From assembly GCA_002269645.1 (NCBI GenBank), contig NIVC01001392.1, positions 124,001 to 188,000 of the forward strand: 64,000 nucleotides of DNA, read 5' to 3'. This DNA comes from Macrostomum lignano. Taxonomy: Eukaryota. A program made the position numbers and the translations under genes. Of this stretch, positions 36,046 through 48,431 are shown one piece after another (position 1 is the stretch's first letter; every line of letters starts with the position of its first letter). Under the pieces are notes generated by a model. The model saw only the letters and a program-made list of their open reading frames with translations. It did no database searches and had not been told where the DNA came from.

Positions 36046-38218
36046 ATGGACAGCAAAGCGGAGGAATTCCTGCGTCAATGCGAGGCGCTCCTTCTGGTCC
36101 GGTGGGTTTTCGCGGATCTCAACGGCATCGCCCGACTCAAGGAGATCCCCGGCGCGATGTGTCGCAGATTCTTCAAGTCCGGCGGTCGCGACTGCTGCTC
36201 CGCGGTGCTCTCGCTGGCCTGCACCAGCTTCGCTCCTGAGGTGCAGTGGATTGTCGACAACGGCTTCCCTGACTGCTCGATGCTGCCGGATCCAGACTCA
36301 TTCCACCTGGTCTCCTGGTCCCGCTGCCCTCCCGGCCAGGACGGCGCCGCCCGTATTGGCCAGGTGATCTGCAGCTCCGCCTGGCACGACGGCACCCCGG
36401 TGCAGTTCGACTCGAGGAATGCCGCGAAGCGCCAGATCGAGCGGCTGGCCGGGCACGGGCTGGCCCTGTACAGCGCCGTGGAGCTGGAGTGGCGCCTCTT
36501 CATCAAACCGAAGGTCTGCATTTTTGTCGATTTAGACTAACCTGGGGAAAGGGGATCTGAGGAAGTGGGGGATCTGAGGAAGTGGGGGATCTGAGGAAGT
36601 GGGGGATCTGAGGAAGTGGGGGATCTGAGGAAGTGGGGGATCTGAGGAAGTGGGGGATCTGAGGAAGTGGGGGATCTGAGGAAGTGGGGGATCTGAGGAA
36701 GTGGGGGATCTGAGGAAGTGGGGGATCTGAGGAAGTGGGGGATCTGAGGAAGTGGGGGATCTGAGGAAGTGGGGGATCTGAGGAAGTGGGGATCTGAGGA
36801 AGTGGGGATCTGAGGAAGTGGGGGATCTGAGGAAGTGGGGGATCTGAGGAAGTGGGGGATCTGAGGAAGTGGGGGATCTGAGGAAGTGGGGGATCTGAGG
36901 AAGTGGGGGATCTGAGGAAGTGGGGGATCTGAGGAAGTGGGGGATCTGAGGAAGTGGGGGATCTGAGTTCCAGCTAAATTTGAACTCGCACCCCAGGAGG
37001 ACGCGGCAGAGTACACCTGGCACGAGAGCCGCGTGGATCCCTACTGCAGCATCCTGGCGCACAAGTACGAGCCTCTGCTGCTGGACATTCACCAGGCCCT
37101 GCAGTCTGCCGGCCTGCGCGTTGAGGCGCTGCACACCGAGTTTGGCTGCGGCCAGATGGAGGTCACCATGGCGCCCAAGTGGGGCATCTGCGGTCCTGAC
37201 GAGGGCTTCCTCTATCGGGACATTGTCAGGCAGGTGCGTTCTGGCCTAGCCCCTTTGCGGGATTTTTTCAACTAATTATTAATATGCGTTTTTAAAAACC
37301 GTGACATAGCCACTCAGTAACAAATCATTTGTCACCATGAGAAATAATAATTATTGAAAAACATTTGAAAAAGATTCCACACAGCTTAGAGGATATCATC
37401 AGAAGAATCATCACGATCCTCAGAGAAAATAATCATCAGTAGAATCATCAGTAGAATCATCAGTAGAATCATCGCATTGCAGAAAAGATAATCACCAGTA
37501 GAAGTCTAGAGGGACAGAAAAGCCATCCCGGGTTCCATTCCAGGTGGCCCAGAACCACGGCTACATCGTCTCATTCATGGCGGTGCCGTGCAGCGGCGAG
37601 GCCGGCAGCGGGCTGCACTTCAACCACTCGCTCTGGTCTGCAGACCGCCGCGCCAACGCCTTCTTCGACGCTGCCCAGGAGCGCAAAATGTCGGCCGTGA
37701 TGCGGCACTGGCTCGCCGGCCTGATCCACCACTCGGCCGCCATCGCCGCGCTTACCTCGCCGACGGTGAACTGCTATCGCCGATTGCACCTGCCGTTCAC
37801 GCCGGACTTTGCCGACTGGGCCGTGCAGTCCCGCAACGCCACCTTCCGCGTCAAGCTGGGCTCCGACGCCAACCCGGGCGGCAGCTACATTGAGAACCGG
37901 ATGCCCAGCTCCGCCGCCAACGCCTACATCGTGACCGCTGCCACCCTGGCCGCCGGGCTGGACGGTTTGGAGCGTCAGCTGACTCTGCCACCGGAGGGCA
38001 GTCGGGACGCCGGCCGCCTGCCGAGCAGCATGGTGGAGGCGCTGGCGGCGCTGGAGGCCGACACGGTGATGCAGCAGGCGCTCGGCCCGCAGCTCATCGA
38101 GTTCTACGTGACGTTGAAGCGCCAGTTTGACCTCGGCTTGGTGCAGGCCAGCATGCCGACTGGCGATGATGCCAAGAAGCTGGCCTGGGAGCGGGCCCAG
38201 TACCTGGAGAATCTGTAG
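36046..38218 (+). CDS. type-I glutamine synthetase-like / lengsin-like protein; exons 36046-36513, 36997-37233, 37544-38218 (459 aa)
   Basis: VRWVFADLNGIARLK, AVELEW, HTEFGCGQMEV, GSGLHFNHSL, NCYRRL, RNATFRV and YIENRMPSSAANAY are GSI-fold motifs; two phase-0 GT-AG introns. Confidence 0.92.
36549..36967. repeat. 17-bp G-rich minisatellite (GGGGGATCTGAGGAAGT), ~24 copies, filling intron 1 of the GS-like gene
   Basis: Direct reading. Confidence 0.95.
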
Positions 38219-38310
38219 ACTGATGAGGCTACCACGTCTTAGAAAGTGAAAAATGCTGTGTTGCATGGACTTCTAACCTAGAAGGACCATAACCAATGAC
38301 TAGGCTAGGT

Positions 38311-41300
38311 GGGACTGTACCATGGACTTGTAGAGAGACTGTACCAAGGACTTCTAGACTAGAGAGGGACTGTACCAAGGACTTCTAGACTAGAGAGGGA
38401 CTGTACCAAGGACTTCTAGACTAGAGAGGGACTGTACCATGGACTTGTAGAGAGACTGTACCATGGACTTGTAGAGAGACTGTACCAAGGACTTCTAGAC
38501 TAGAGAGGGACTGTACCAAGGACTTCTAGACTAGAGAGGGACTGTACCAAGGACTTCTAGAGGGACTGTACCATGGACTTCTAGAGGGACTGTACCATGG
38601 ACTTCTAGACTAGAGAGGGACTGTACCAAGGACTTCTAGACTAGAGAGGGACTGTACCAAGGACTTCTAGAGGGACTGTACCAAGGACTTTTAGAGGGAC
38701 TGTACCAAGGACTTCTAGAGGGACTGTACCAAGGACTTCTAGACTAGAGAGGGACTGTACCAAGGACTTCTAGAGAGACTGTACCATGGACTTCTAGACT
38801 AGAGAGGGACTGTACCATGGACTTTTAGAGGGACTGTACCAAGGACTTCTAGACTAGAGAGGGACTGTACTAAGGACTTCTAGACTAGAGAGGGACTGTA
38901 CCATGGACTTCTAGAGGGACTGTACAAAGGACTTCTAGACTAGAGAGGGACTGTACCATGGACTTTTAGAGGGACTGTACCAAGGACTTCTAGAGGGACT
39001 GTACCAAGGACTTCTAGAGGGACTGTGCCAAGGACTTTTAGAGGGACTGTACCATGGACTTCTAGAGGGACTGTACCATGGACTTCTAGAGGGACTGTAC
39101 CAAGGACTTCTAGAGGGACTGTACCATGGACTTCTAGAGGGACTGTACCAAGGACTTTCAGAGGGACTGTACCATGGACTTCTAGAGGGACTGTACCATG
39201 GACTTCTAGAGGGACTGTGCCAAGGACTTCTAGAGGGACTGTACCATGGACTTCTAGAGGGACTGTACCAAGGACTTCTAGAGGGACTGTACCAAGGACT
39301 TTTAGAGGGACTGTACCATGGACTTCTAGAGGGACTGTGCCAAGGACTTCTAGAGAGACTGTACCATGGACTTCTAGACTAGGGAGGGACTGTACCAAGG
39401 ACTTCTAGACTAGAGAGGGACTGTACCAAGGACTTCTAGAGGGACTGTACCAAGGACTTCTAGAGGGACTGTACCAAGGACTTCTAGACTAGAGAGGGAC
39501 TGTACCATGGACTTCTAGACTAGGGAGGGACTGTACCAAGGACTTCTAGACTAGAGAGGGACTGTACCAAGGACTTCTAGAGGGACTGTACCAAGGACTT
39601 CTAGAGGGACTGTACCAAGGACTTCTAGAGGGACTGTACCAAGGACTTCTAGACTAGAGAGGGACTGTGCCAAGGACTTCTAGAGAGACTGTACCATGGA
39701 CTTCTAGACTAGGGAGGGACTGTACCAAGGACTTCTAGACTAGAGAGGGACTGTACCAAGGACTTTTAGAGGGACTGTACCAAGGACTTCTAGAGGGACT
39801 GTACCAAGGACTTCTAGACTAGAGAGGGACTGTACCAAGGACTTCTAGAGAGACTGTACCAAGGACTTCTAGAGAGACTGTACCATGGACTTCTAGACTA
39901 GAGAGGGACTGTACTAAGGACTTTTAGACTAGAGAGGGACTGTACCATGGACTTTTAGAGGGACTGTACCAAGGACTTCTAGAGGGACTGTACCAATGAC
40001 TTCTAGAGGGACTGTGCCAAGGACTTTTAGAGGGACTGTACCATGGACTTCTAGAGGGACTGTACCATGGACTTCTAGAGGGACTGTACCAAGGACTTTT
40101 AGAGGGACTGTACCATGGACTTCTAGAGGGACTGTACCATGGACTTCTAGAGGGACTGTGCCAAGGACTTCTAGAGGGACTGTACCATGGACTTCTAGAG
40201 GGACTGTACCAAGGACTTCTAGAGGGACTGTACCAAGGACTTTTAGAGGGACTGTACCAAGGACTACTAGAGGGACTGTACCATGGACTTCTAGAGGGAC
40301 TGTGCCAAGGACTTCTAGAGAGACTGTACCATGGACTTCTAGACTAGGGAGGGACTGTACCAAGGACTTCTAGACTAGAGAGGGACTGTACCAAGGACTT
40401 TTAGAGGGACTGTACCAAGGACTACTAGAGGGACTGTACCATGGACTTCTAGAGGGACTGTGCCAAGGACTTCTAGAGAGACTGTACCATGGACTTCTAG
40501 ACTAGGGAGGGACTGTACCAAAGACTTCTAGACTAGAGAGGGACTGTACCAAGGACTTCTAGACTAGAGAGGGACTGTACCAAGGACTTCTAGAGGGACT
40601 GTACCATGGACTTCTAGAGGGACTGTACCATGGACTTCTAGACTAGAGAGGGACTGTACCAAGGACTTCTAGACTAGAGAGAGACTGTACTAAGGACTTC
40701 TAGAGGGACTGTACTAAGGACTTCTAGACTAGAGAGGGACTGTACCATGGACTTCTAGAGGGACTGTACCAAGGACTTCTAGACTAGAGAGGGACTGTAC
40801 CATGGACTTTTAGAGGGACTGTACCAAGGACTTCTAGAGGGACTGTACCAAGGACTTCTAGAGGGACTGTGCCAAGGACTTTTAGAGGGACTGTACCATG
40901 GACTTCTAGAGGGACTGTACCATGGACTTCTAGAGGGACTGTACCAAGGACTTTTAGAGGGACTGTACCATGGACTTCTAGAGGGACTGTACCATGGACT
41001 TCTAGAGGGACTGTGCCAAGGACTTTTAGAGGGACTGTACCATGGACTTCTAGAGGGACTGTACCAAGGACTTCTAGAGGGACTGTACCAAGGACTTTTA
41101 GAGGGACTGTACCATGGAATTCTAGAGGGACTGTACCATGGACTTCTAGAGGGACTGTGCCAAGGACTTCTAGAGAGACTGTACCATGGACTTCTAGAGG
41201 GACTGTACCATGGACTTCTAGACTAGAGAGGGACTGTACCAAGGACTTCTAGACTAGAGAGGGACTGTACCAAGGACTTCTAGAGGGACTGTACCAAGGA

Positions 41301-44300
41301 CTTCTAGACTAGAGAGAGACTGTACCATGGACTTTTAGAGGGACTGTACCAAGGACTTCTAGACTAGAGAGAGACTGTACCAAGGACTTCTAGAGGGACT
41401 GTACCAAGGACTTCTAGACTAGAGAGGGACTGTACCAAGGACTTCTAGAGAGACTGTACCATGGACTTCTAGACTAGAGAGGGACTGTACCATGGACTTT
41501 TAGAGGGACTGTACCAAGGACTTCTAGACTAGAGAGGGACTGTACCATGGACTTCTAGAGGGACTGTACCAAGGACTTCTAGACTAGAGAGGGACTGTAC
41601 CATGGACTTTTAGAGGGACTGTACCAAGGACTTCTAGAGGGACTGTACCAAGGACTTTTAGAGGGACTGTACCATGGAATTCTAGAGGGACTGTACCATG
41701 GACTTCTAGAGGGACTGTGCCAAGGACTTCTAGAGAGACTGTACCATGGACTTCTAGAGGGACTGTACCATGGACTTCTAGACTAGAGAGGGACTGTACC
41801 AAGGACTTCTAGACTAGAGAGGGACTGTACCAAGGACTTCTAGAGGGACTGTACCAAGGACTTCTAGACTAGAGAGAGACTGTACCATGGACTTTTAGAG
41901 GGACTGTACCAAGGACTTCTAGACTAGAGAGAGACTGTACCAAGGACTTCTAGAGGGACTGTACCAAGGACTTCTAGACTAGAGAGGGACTGTACCAAGG
42001 ACTTCTAGAGAGACTGTACCATGGACTTCTAGACTAGAGAGGGACTGTACCATGGACTTTTAGAGGGACTGTACCAAGGACTTCTAGACTAGAGAGGGAC
42101 TGTACCATGGACTTCTAGAGGGACTGTACCAAGGACTTCTAGACTAGAGAGGGACTGTACCATGGACTTTTAGAGGGACTGTACCAAGGACTTCTAGAGG
42201 GACTGTACCAAGGACTTCTAGAGGGACTGTGCCAAGGACTTTTAGAGGGACTGTACCATGGACTTCTAGAGGGACTGTACCATGGACTTCTAGAGGGACT
42301 GTACCAAGGACTTCTAGAGGGACTGTACCATGGACTTCTAGAGGGACTGTACCAAGGACTTCTAGAGGGACTGTGCCAAGGACTTTTAGAGGGACTGTAC
42401 CATGGACTTCTAGAGGGACTGTACCATGGACTTCTAGAGGGACTGTACCAAGGACTTCTAGAGGGACTGTACCATGGACTTCTAGAGGGACTGTACCAAG
42501 GACTTCTAGAGGGACTGTACCATGGACTTCTAGAGGGACTGTACCAAGGACTTCTAGAGGGACTGTACCATGGACTTCTAGAGGGACTGTACCAAGGACT
42601 TTCAGAGGGACTGTACCATGGACTTCTAGAGGGACTGTACCATGGACTTCTAGAGGGACTGTGCCAAGGACTTCTAGAGGGACTGTACCATGGACTTCTA
42701 GAGGGACTGTACCAAGGACTTCTAGAGGGACTGTACCAAGGACTTTTAGAGGGACTGTACCATGGACTTCTAGAGGGACTGTGCCAAGGACTTCTAGAGA
42801 GACTGTACCATGGACTTCTAGACTAGGGAGGGACTGTACCAAGGACTTCTAGACTAGAGAGGGACTGTACCAAGGACTTCTAGAGGGACTGTACCAAGGA
42901 CTTCTAGAGGGACTGTACCAAGGACTTCTAGACTAGAGAGGGACTGTACCATGGACTTCTAGACTAGGGAGGGACTGTACCAAGGACTTCTAGACTAGAG
43001 AGGGACTGTACCAAGGACTTCTAGAGGGACTGTACCAAGGACTTCTAGAGGGACTGTACCAAGGACTTCTAGACTAGAGAGGGACTGTGCCAAGGACTTC
43101 TAGAGAGACTGTACCATGGACTTCTAGACTAGGGAGGGACTGTACCAAGGACTTCTAGACTAGAGAGGGACTGTACCAAGGACTTTTAGAGGGACTGTAC
43201 CAAGGACTTCTAGAGGGACTGTACCAAGGACTTCTAGACTAGAGAGGGACTGTACCAAGGACTTCTAGAGAGACTGTACCAAGGACTTCTAGAGAGACTG
43301 TACCATGGACTTCTAGACTAGAGAGGGACTGTACTAAGGACTTTTAGACTAGAGAGGGACTGTACCATGGACTTTTAGAGGGACTGTACCAAGGACTTCT
43401 AGAGGGACTGTACCAATGACTTCTAGAGGGACTGTGCCAAGGACTTTTAGAGGGACTGTACCATGGACTTCTAGAGGGACTGTACCATGGACTTCTAGAG
43501 GGACTGTACCAAGGACTTTTAGAGGGACTGTACCATGGACTTCTAGAGGGACTGTACCATGGACTTCTAGAGGGACTGTGCCAAGGACTTCTAGAGGGAC
43601 TGTACCATGGACTTCTAGAGGGACTGTACCAAGGACTTCTAGAGGGACTGTACCAAGGACTTTTAGAGGGACTGTACCAAGGACTACTAGAGGGACTGTA
43701 CCATGGACTTCTAGAGGGACTGTGCCAAGGACTTCTAGAGAGACTGTACCATGGACTTCTAGACTAGGGAGGGACTGTACCAAGGACTTCTAGACTAGAG
43801 AGGGACTGTACCAAGGACTTTTAGAGGGACTGTACCAAGGACTACTAGAGGGACTGTACCATGGACTTCTAGAGGGACTGTGCCAAGGACTTCTAGAGAG
43901 ACTGTACCATGGACTTCTAGACTAGGGAGGGACTGTACCAAGGACTTCTAGACTAGAGAGGGACTGTACCAAGGACTTCTAGACTAGAGAGGGACTGTAC
44001 CAAGGACTTCTAGAGGGACTGTACCATGGACTTCTAGAGGGACTGTACCATGGACTTCTAGACTAGAGAGGGACTGTACCAAGGACTTCTAGACTAGAGA
44101 GAGACTGTACTAAGGACTTCTAGAGGGACTGTACTAAGGACTTCTAGACTAGAGAGGGACTGTACCATGGACTTCTAGAGGGACTGTACCAAGGACTTCT
44201 AGACTAGAGAGGGACTGTACCATGGACTTTTAGAGGGACTGTACCAAGGACTTCTAGAGGGACTGTACCAAGGACTTCTAGAGGGACTGTGCCAAGGACT

Positions 44301-46480
44301 TTTAGAGGGACTGTACCATGGACTTCTAGAGGGACTGTACCATGGACTTCTAGAGGGACTGTACCAAGGACTTTTAGAGGGACTGTACCATGGACTTCTA
44401 GAGGGACTGTACCATGGACTTCTAGAGGGACTGTGCCAAGGACTTTTAGAGGGACTGTACCATCGACTTCTAGAGGGACTGTACCAAGGACTTCTAGAGG
44501 GACTGTACCAAGGACTTTTAGAGGGACTGTACCATGGAATTCTAGAGGGACTGTACCATGGACTTCTAGAGGGACTGTGCCAAGGACTTCTAGAGAGACT
44601 GTACCATGGACTTCTAGAGGGACTGTACCATGGACTTCTAGACTAGAGAGGGACTGTACCAAGGACTTCTAGACTAGAGAGGGACTGTACCAAGGACTTC
44701 TAGAGGGACTGTACCAAGGACTTCTAGACTAGAGAGAGACTGTACCATGGACTTTTAGAGGGACTGTACCAAGGACTTCTAGACTAGAGAGAGACTGTAC
44801 CAAGGACTTCTAGAGGGACTGTACCAAGGACTTCTAGACTAGAGAGGGACTGTACCAAGGACTTCTAGAGAGACTGTACCATGGACTTCTAGACTAGAGA
44901 GGGACTGTACCATGGACTTTTAGAGGGACTGTACCAAGGACTTCTAGACTAGAGAGGGACTGTACCATGGACTTCTAGAGGGACTGTACCAAGGACTTCT
45001 AGACTAGAGAGGGACTGTACCATGGACTTTTAGAGGGACTGTACCAAGGACTTCTAGAGGGACTGTACCAAGGACTTCTAGAGGGACTGTGCCAAGGACT
45101 TTTAGAGGGACTGTACCATGGACTTCTAGAGGGACTGTACCATGGACTTCTAGAGGGACTGTACCAAGGACTTCTAGAGGGACTGTACCATGGACTTCTA
45201 GAGGGACTGTACCAAGGACTTCTAGAGGGACTGTGCCAAGGACTTTTAGAGGGACTGTACCATGGACTTCTAGAGGGACTGTACCATGGACTTCTAGAGG
45301 GACTGTACCAAGGACTTCTAGAGGGACTGTACCATGGACTTCTAGAGGGACTGTACCAAGGACTTTTAGAGGGACTGTACCATGGACTTCTAGAGGGACT
45401 GTACCATGGACTTCTAGAGGGACTGTGCCAAGGACTTCTAGAGGGACTGTACCATGGACTTCTAGAGGGACTGTACCAAGGACTTCTAGAGGGACTGTAC
45501 CAAGGACGTTTAGAGGGACTGTACCATGGACTTCTAGAGGGACTGTGCCAAGGACTTTTAGAGAGACTGTACCATGGACTTCTAGACTAGGGAGGGACTG
45601 TACCAAGGACTTCTAGACTAGAGAGGGACTGTACCATGGACTTGTAGAGAGACTGTACCATGGACTTGTAGAGAGACTGTACCAAGGACTTCTAGACTAG
45701 AGAGGGACTGTACCAAGGACTTCTAGACTAGAGAGAGACTGTACTAAGGACTTCTAGACTAGAGAGGGACTGTACCAAGGACTTCTAGAGGGACTGTACC
45801 AAGGACTTCTAGACTAGAGAGGGACTGTACTAAGGACTTTTAGAGGGACTGTACCAAGGACTTCTAGACTAGAGAGGGACTGTACCAAGGACTTCTAGAC
45901 TAGAGAGGGACTGTACCAAGGACTTCTAGACTAGAGAGGGACTGTACCAAGGACTTCTAGACTAGAGAGGGACTGTACCATGGACTTCTAGAGGGACTGT
46001 ACCAAGGACTTCTAGAGGGACTGTACCAAGGACTTTTAGAGGGACTGTACCAAGGACTTCTAGAGGGACTGTACCAAGGACTTCTAGAGGGACTGTGCCA
46101 AGGACTTTTAGAGGGACTGTACCATGGACTTCTAGAGGGACTGTACCATGGACTTCTAGAGGGACTGTACCAAGGACTTTTAGAGGGACTGTACCATGGA
46201 CTTCTAGAGGGACTGTACCATGGACTTCTAGAGGGACTGTGCCAAGGACTTCTTGAGGGACTGTACCATGGACTTCTAGAGGGACTGTACCAAGGACTTC
46301 TAGAGGGACTGTACCAAGGACTTCTAGAGGGACTGTACCATGGACTTCTAGAGGGACTGTACCATGGACTTCTAGAGGGACTGTGCCAAGGACTTCTAGA
46401 GAGACTGTACCATGGACTTCTAGACTAGGGAGGGACTGTACCAAGGACTTCTAGAGGGACTGTACCATGGACTTCTAGAC
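38311..46480. repeat. 8.2-kb satellite of 24-bp (GGGACTGTACCAWGGACTTCTAGA) and 31-bp monomers with a 3420-bp higher-order duplication
   Basis: Rare variants recur at +3420: TACCAATGAC 39991/43411 and CATGGAAT 41113/44533; identical ORF pairs 39929/43349 and 40784/44204; 560-bp sub-duplication (41113/41673). Confidence 0.97.
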
Positions 46481-47091
46481 TTATTAGTAGAAATACTAAA
46501 ATTCTGATCTCGCAGATTTCTTCATTAACTATTAACACTAGAAAGATTTGTTAGTGAATACTGCACCGAATTTAGGTCGTCAAAAATTTCCATTTAGCGC
46601 TCCTTTGTACTTTAGTAGTCCATGTGATATAATAGATAGAAGAGTGTCTTAACGTTGCTTCGCGTGGAAAGTTCAATTCAACAGCATATAGCAATGGCGC
46701 TTTATTATCCTATTTACCACTAAACTGAGGTTTCTTATTAAATTTTTCCGAAAAATTCAATGCAGACGCTATAAGTAGTTGTTGCTTATTTCTCTTGCTA
46801 GCGAGCAGTACACAGTAGTTTTGATGCTTTACAATAATGATACGCTTTAACTATGTGCAAAATTTATGAGCAATATTAGCACTATTATTATTATTATTTA
46901 ACCACAACCATTTTAAATAAATGTGCAAATCACAATTCTTTGAATTATCGATCATTCAAATAGATGCTTAAATTTGCCATTTACTTGTATATATCTTGAC
47001 AAAAATGCTTGAATTTTAACAAATGCCCATAGTACATGACCTTTTGGTGCATAATAGTTGTGAAAGGATAAAAAATTTCTAATTCAGAAGT

Positions 47092-48085
47092 CCTCGAGAT
47101 TAGCAATCCATTGTATTCCTGCATCCATGATGTAGGCTAGATTAGCAATCCATTCTATTCCTTCATCCATGATGTAGGCTAGATTAGCAATCCATTGTAT
47201 TCCTGCATCCATGATGTAGGCTAGATTAGCAATTTCTTGTATTCCTTCATCCATGATGTAGGCTAGATTAGCAATCCATTGTATTCCTGCATCCATGATG
47301 TAGGCTAGATTAGCAATCCATTCTATTCCTTCATCCATGATGTAGGCTAGATTAGCAATCCATTGTATTCCTGCATCCATGATGTAGGCTAGATTAGCAA
47401 TTTCTTGTATTCCTTCATCCATGATGTAGGCTAGATTAGCAATCCATTGTATTCCTGCATGCATGGTGTATTCTAGATTAGCAATCCCTTGTATTCCTTC
47501 ATCCATGATGTAGGCTAGATTAGCAATCCATTGTATTCCTTCATCCATGATGTAGGCTAGATTAGCAATCCATTCTATTCCTTCATCCATGATGTAGGCT
47601 AGATTAGCAATCCATTCTATTCCTTCATCCATGATGTAGGCTAGATTAGCAATCCATTCTATTCCTTCATCCATGATGTAGGCTAGATTAGCAATCCATT
47701 CTATTCCTTCATCCATGATGTAGGCTAGATTAGCAATCCATTCTATTCCTTCATCCATGGTGTAGGCTAGATTAGCAATCCATTCTATTCCTTTATCCAT
47801 GATGTAGGCTAGATTAGCAATCCATTGTATTCCTGCATCCATGATGTAGGCTAGATTAGCAATCCATTGTATTCCTGCATCCATGATGTAGGCTAGATTA
47901 GCAATCCGTTCTATTCCTGCATCCATGATGTAGGCTAGATTAGCAATCCATTCTATACCTTCATCCATGATGTAGGCTAGATTAGCAATCCATTCTATAC
48001 CTTCATCCATGATGTAGGCTAGATTAGCAATCCATTCAATTCCTTCATCCATGGTGTAGGCTAGATTAGCAATCCACTCAATTCC
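47092..48085. repeat. 42-bp minisatellite, ~23 copies (reads MDEGIEWIANLAYI on -)
   Basis: Direct reading; 322-aa repeat ORF on -. Confidence 0.95.
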
Positions 48086-48431
48086 TCCAAAGAGTCAAAT
48101 TCAAAGCAGACCGGCTCCCAATAGCAACGCTGCAAACTCCAGGATATACCTGGGCAGGCATTCACAGGAGCCACTGCTCCCAAGCGTACAATTTAACCAA
48201 CTCAATTAAATCCGCGCACTCATTTCAAGGTATTCTAAGTTTAGAACTAGAGGGTCATAAATTTGACTTGTCTGAATAAGACGTCAGCTTTGGCCTCTGC
48301 GTTGCGGCCCAGGTGAAAGGTCGCTAAAAAATCTTTACCTGCAAATAAGTTTACACTTTACACATCATTTGTATATTTAACTGATTGGCATGATTAGGGA
48401 GCAATCTGCAGCCTCCATGCTATAATCACTA

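Noticed and set aside
38219-38255. Hammerhead ribozyme (CTGATGAG...GAAA)
   Set aside because: Stem II and the GAAA spacing are not canonical; the CTGATGAG at ~22962 also has no matching GAAA.
38940-46444. Many 120-230 aa ORFs (LEVHGTVP / PWTSRGTV repeats)
   Set aside because: Products of a 24-bp satellite whose unit is divisible by 3; no coding context or splice signals.
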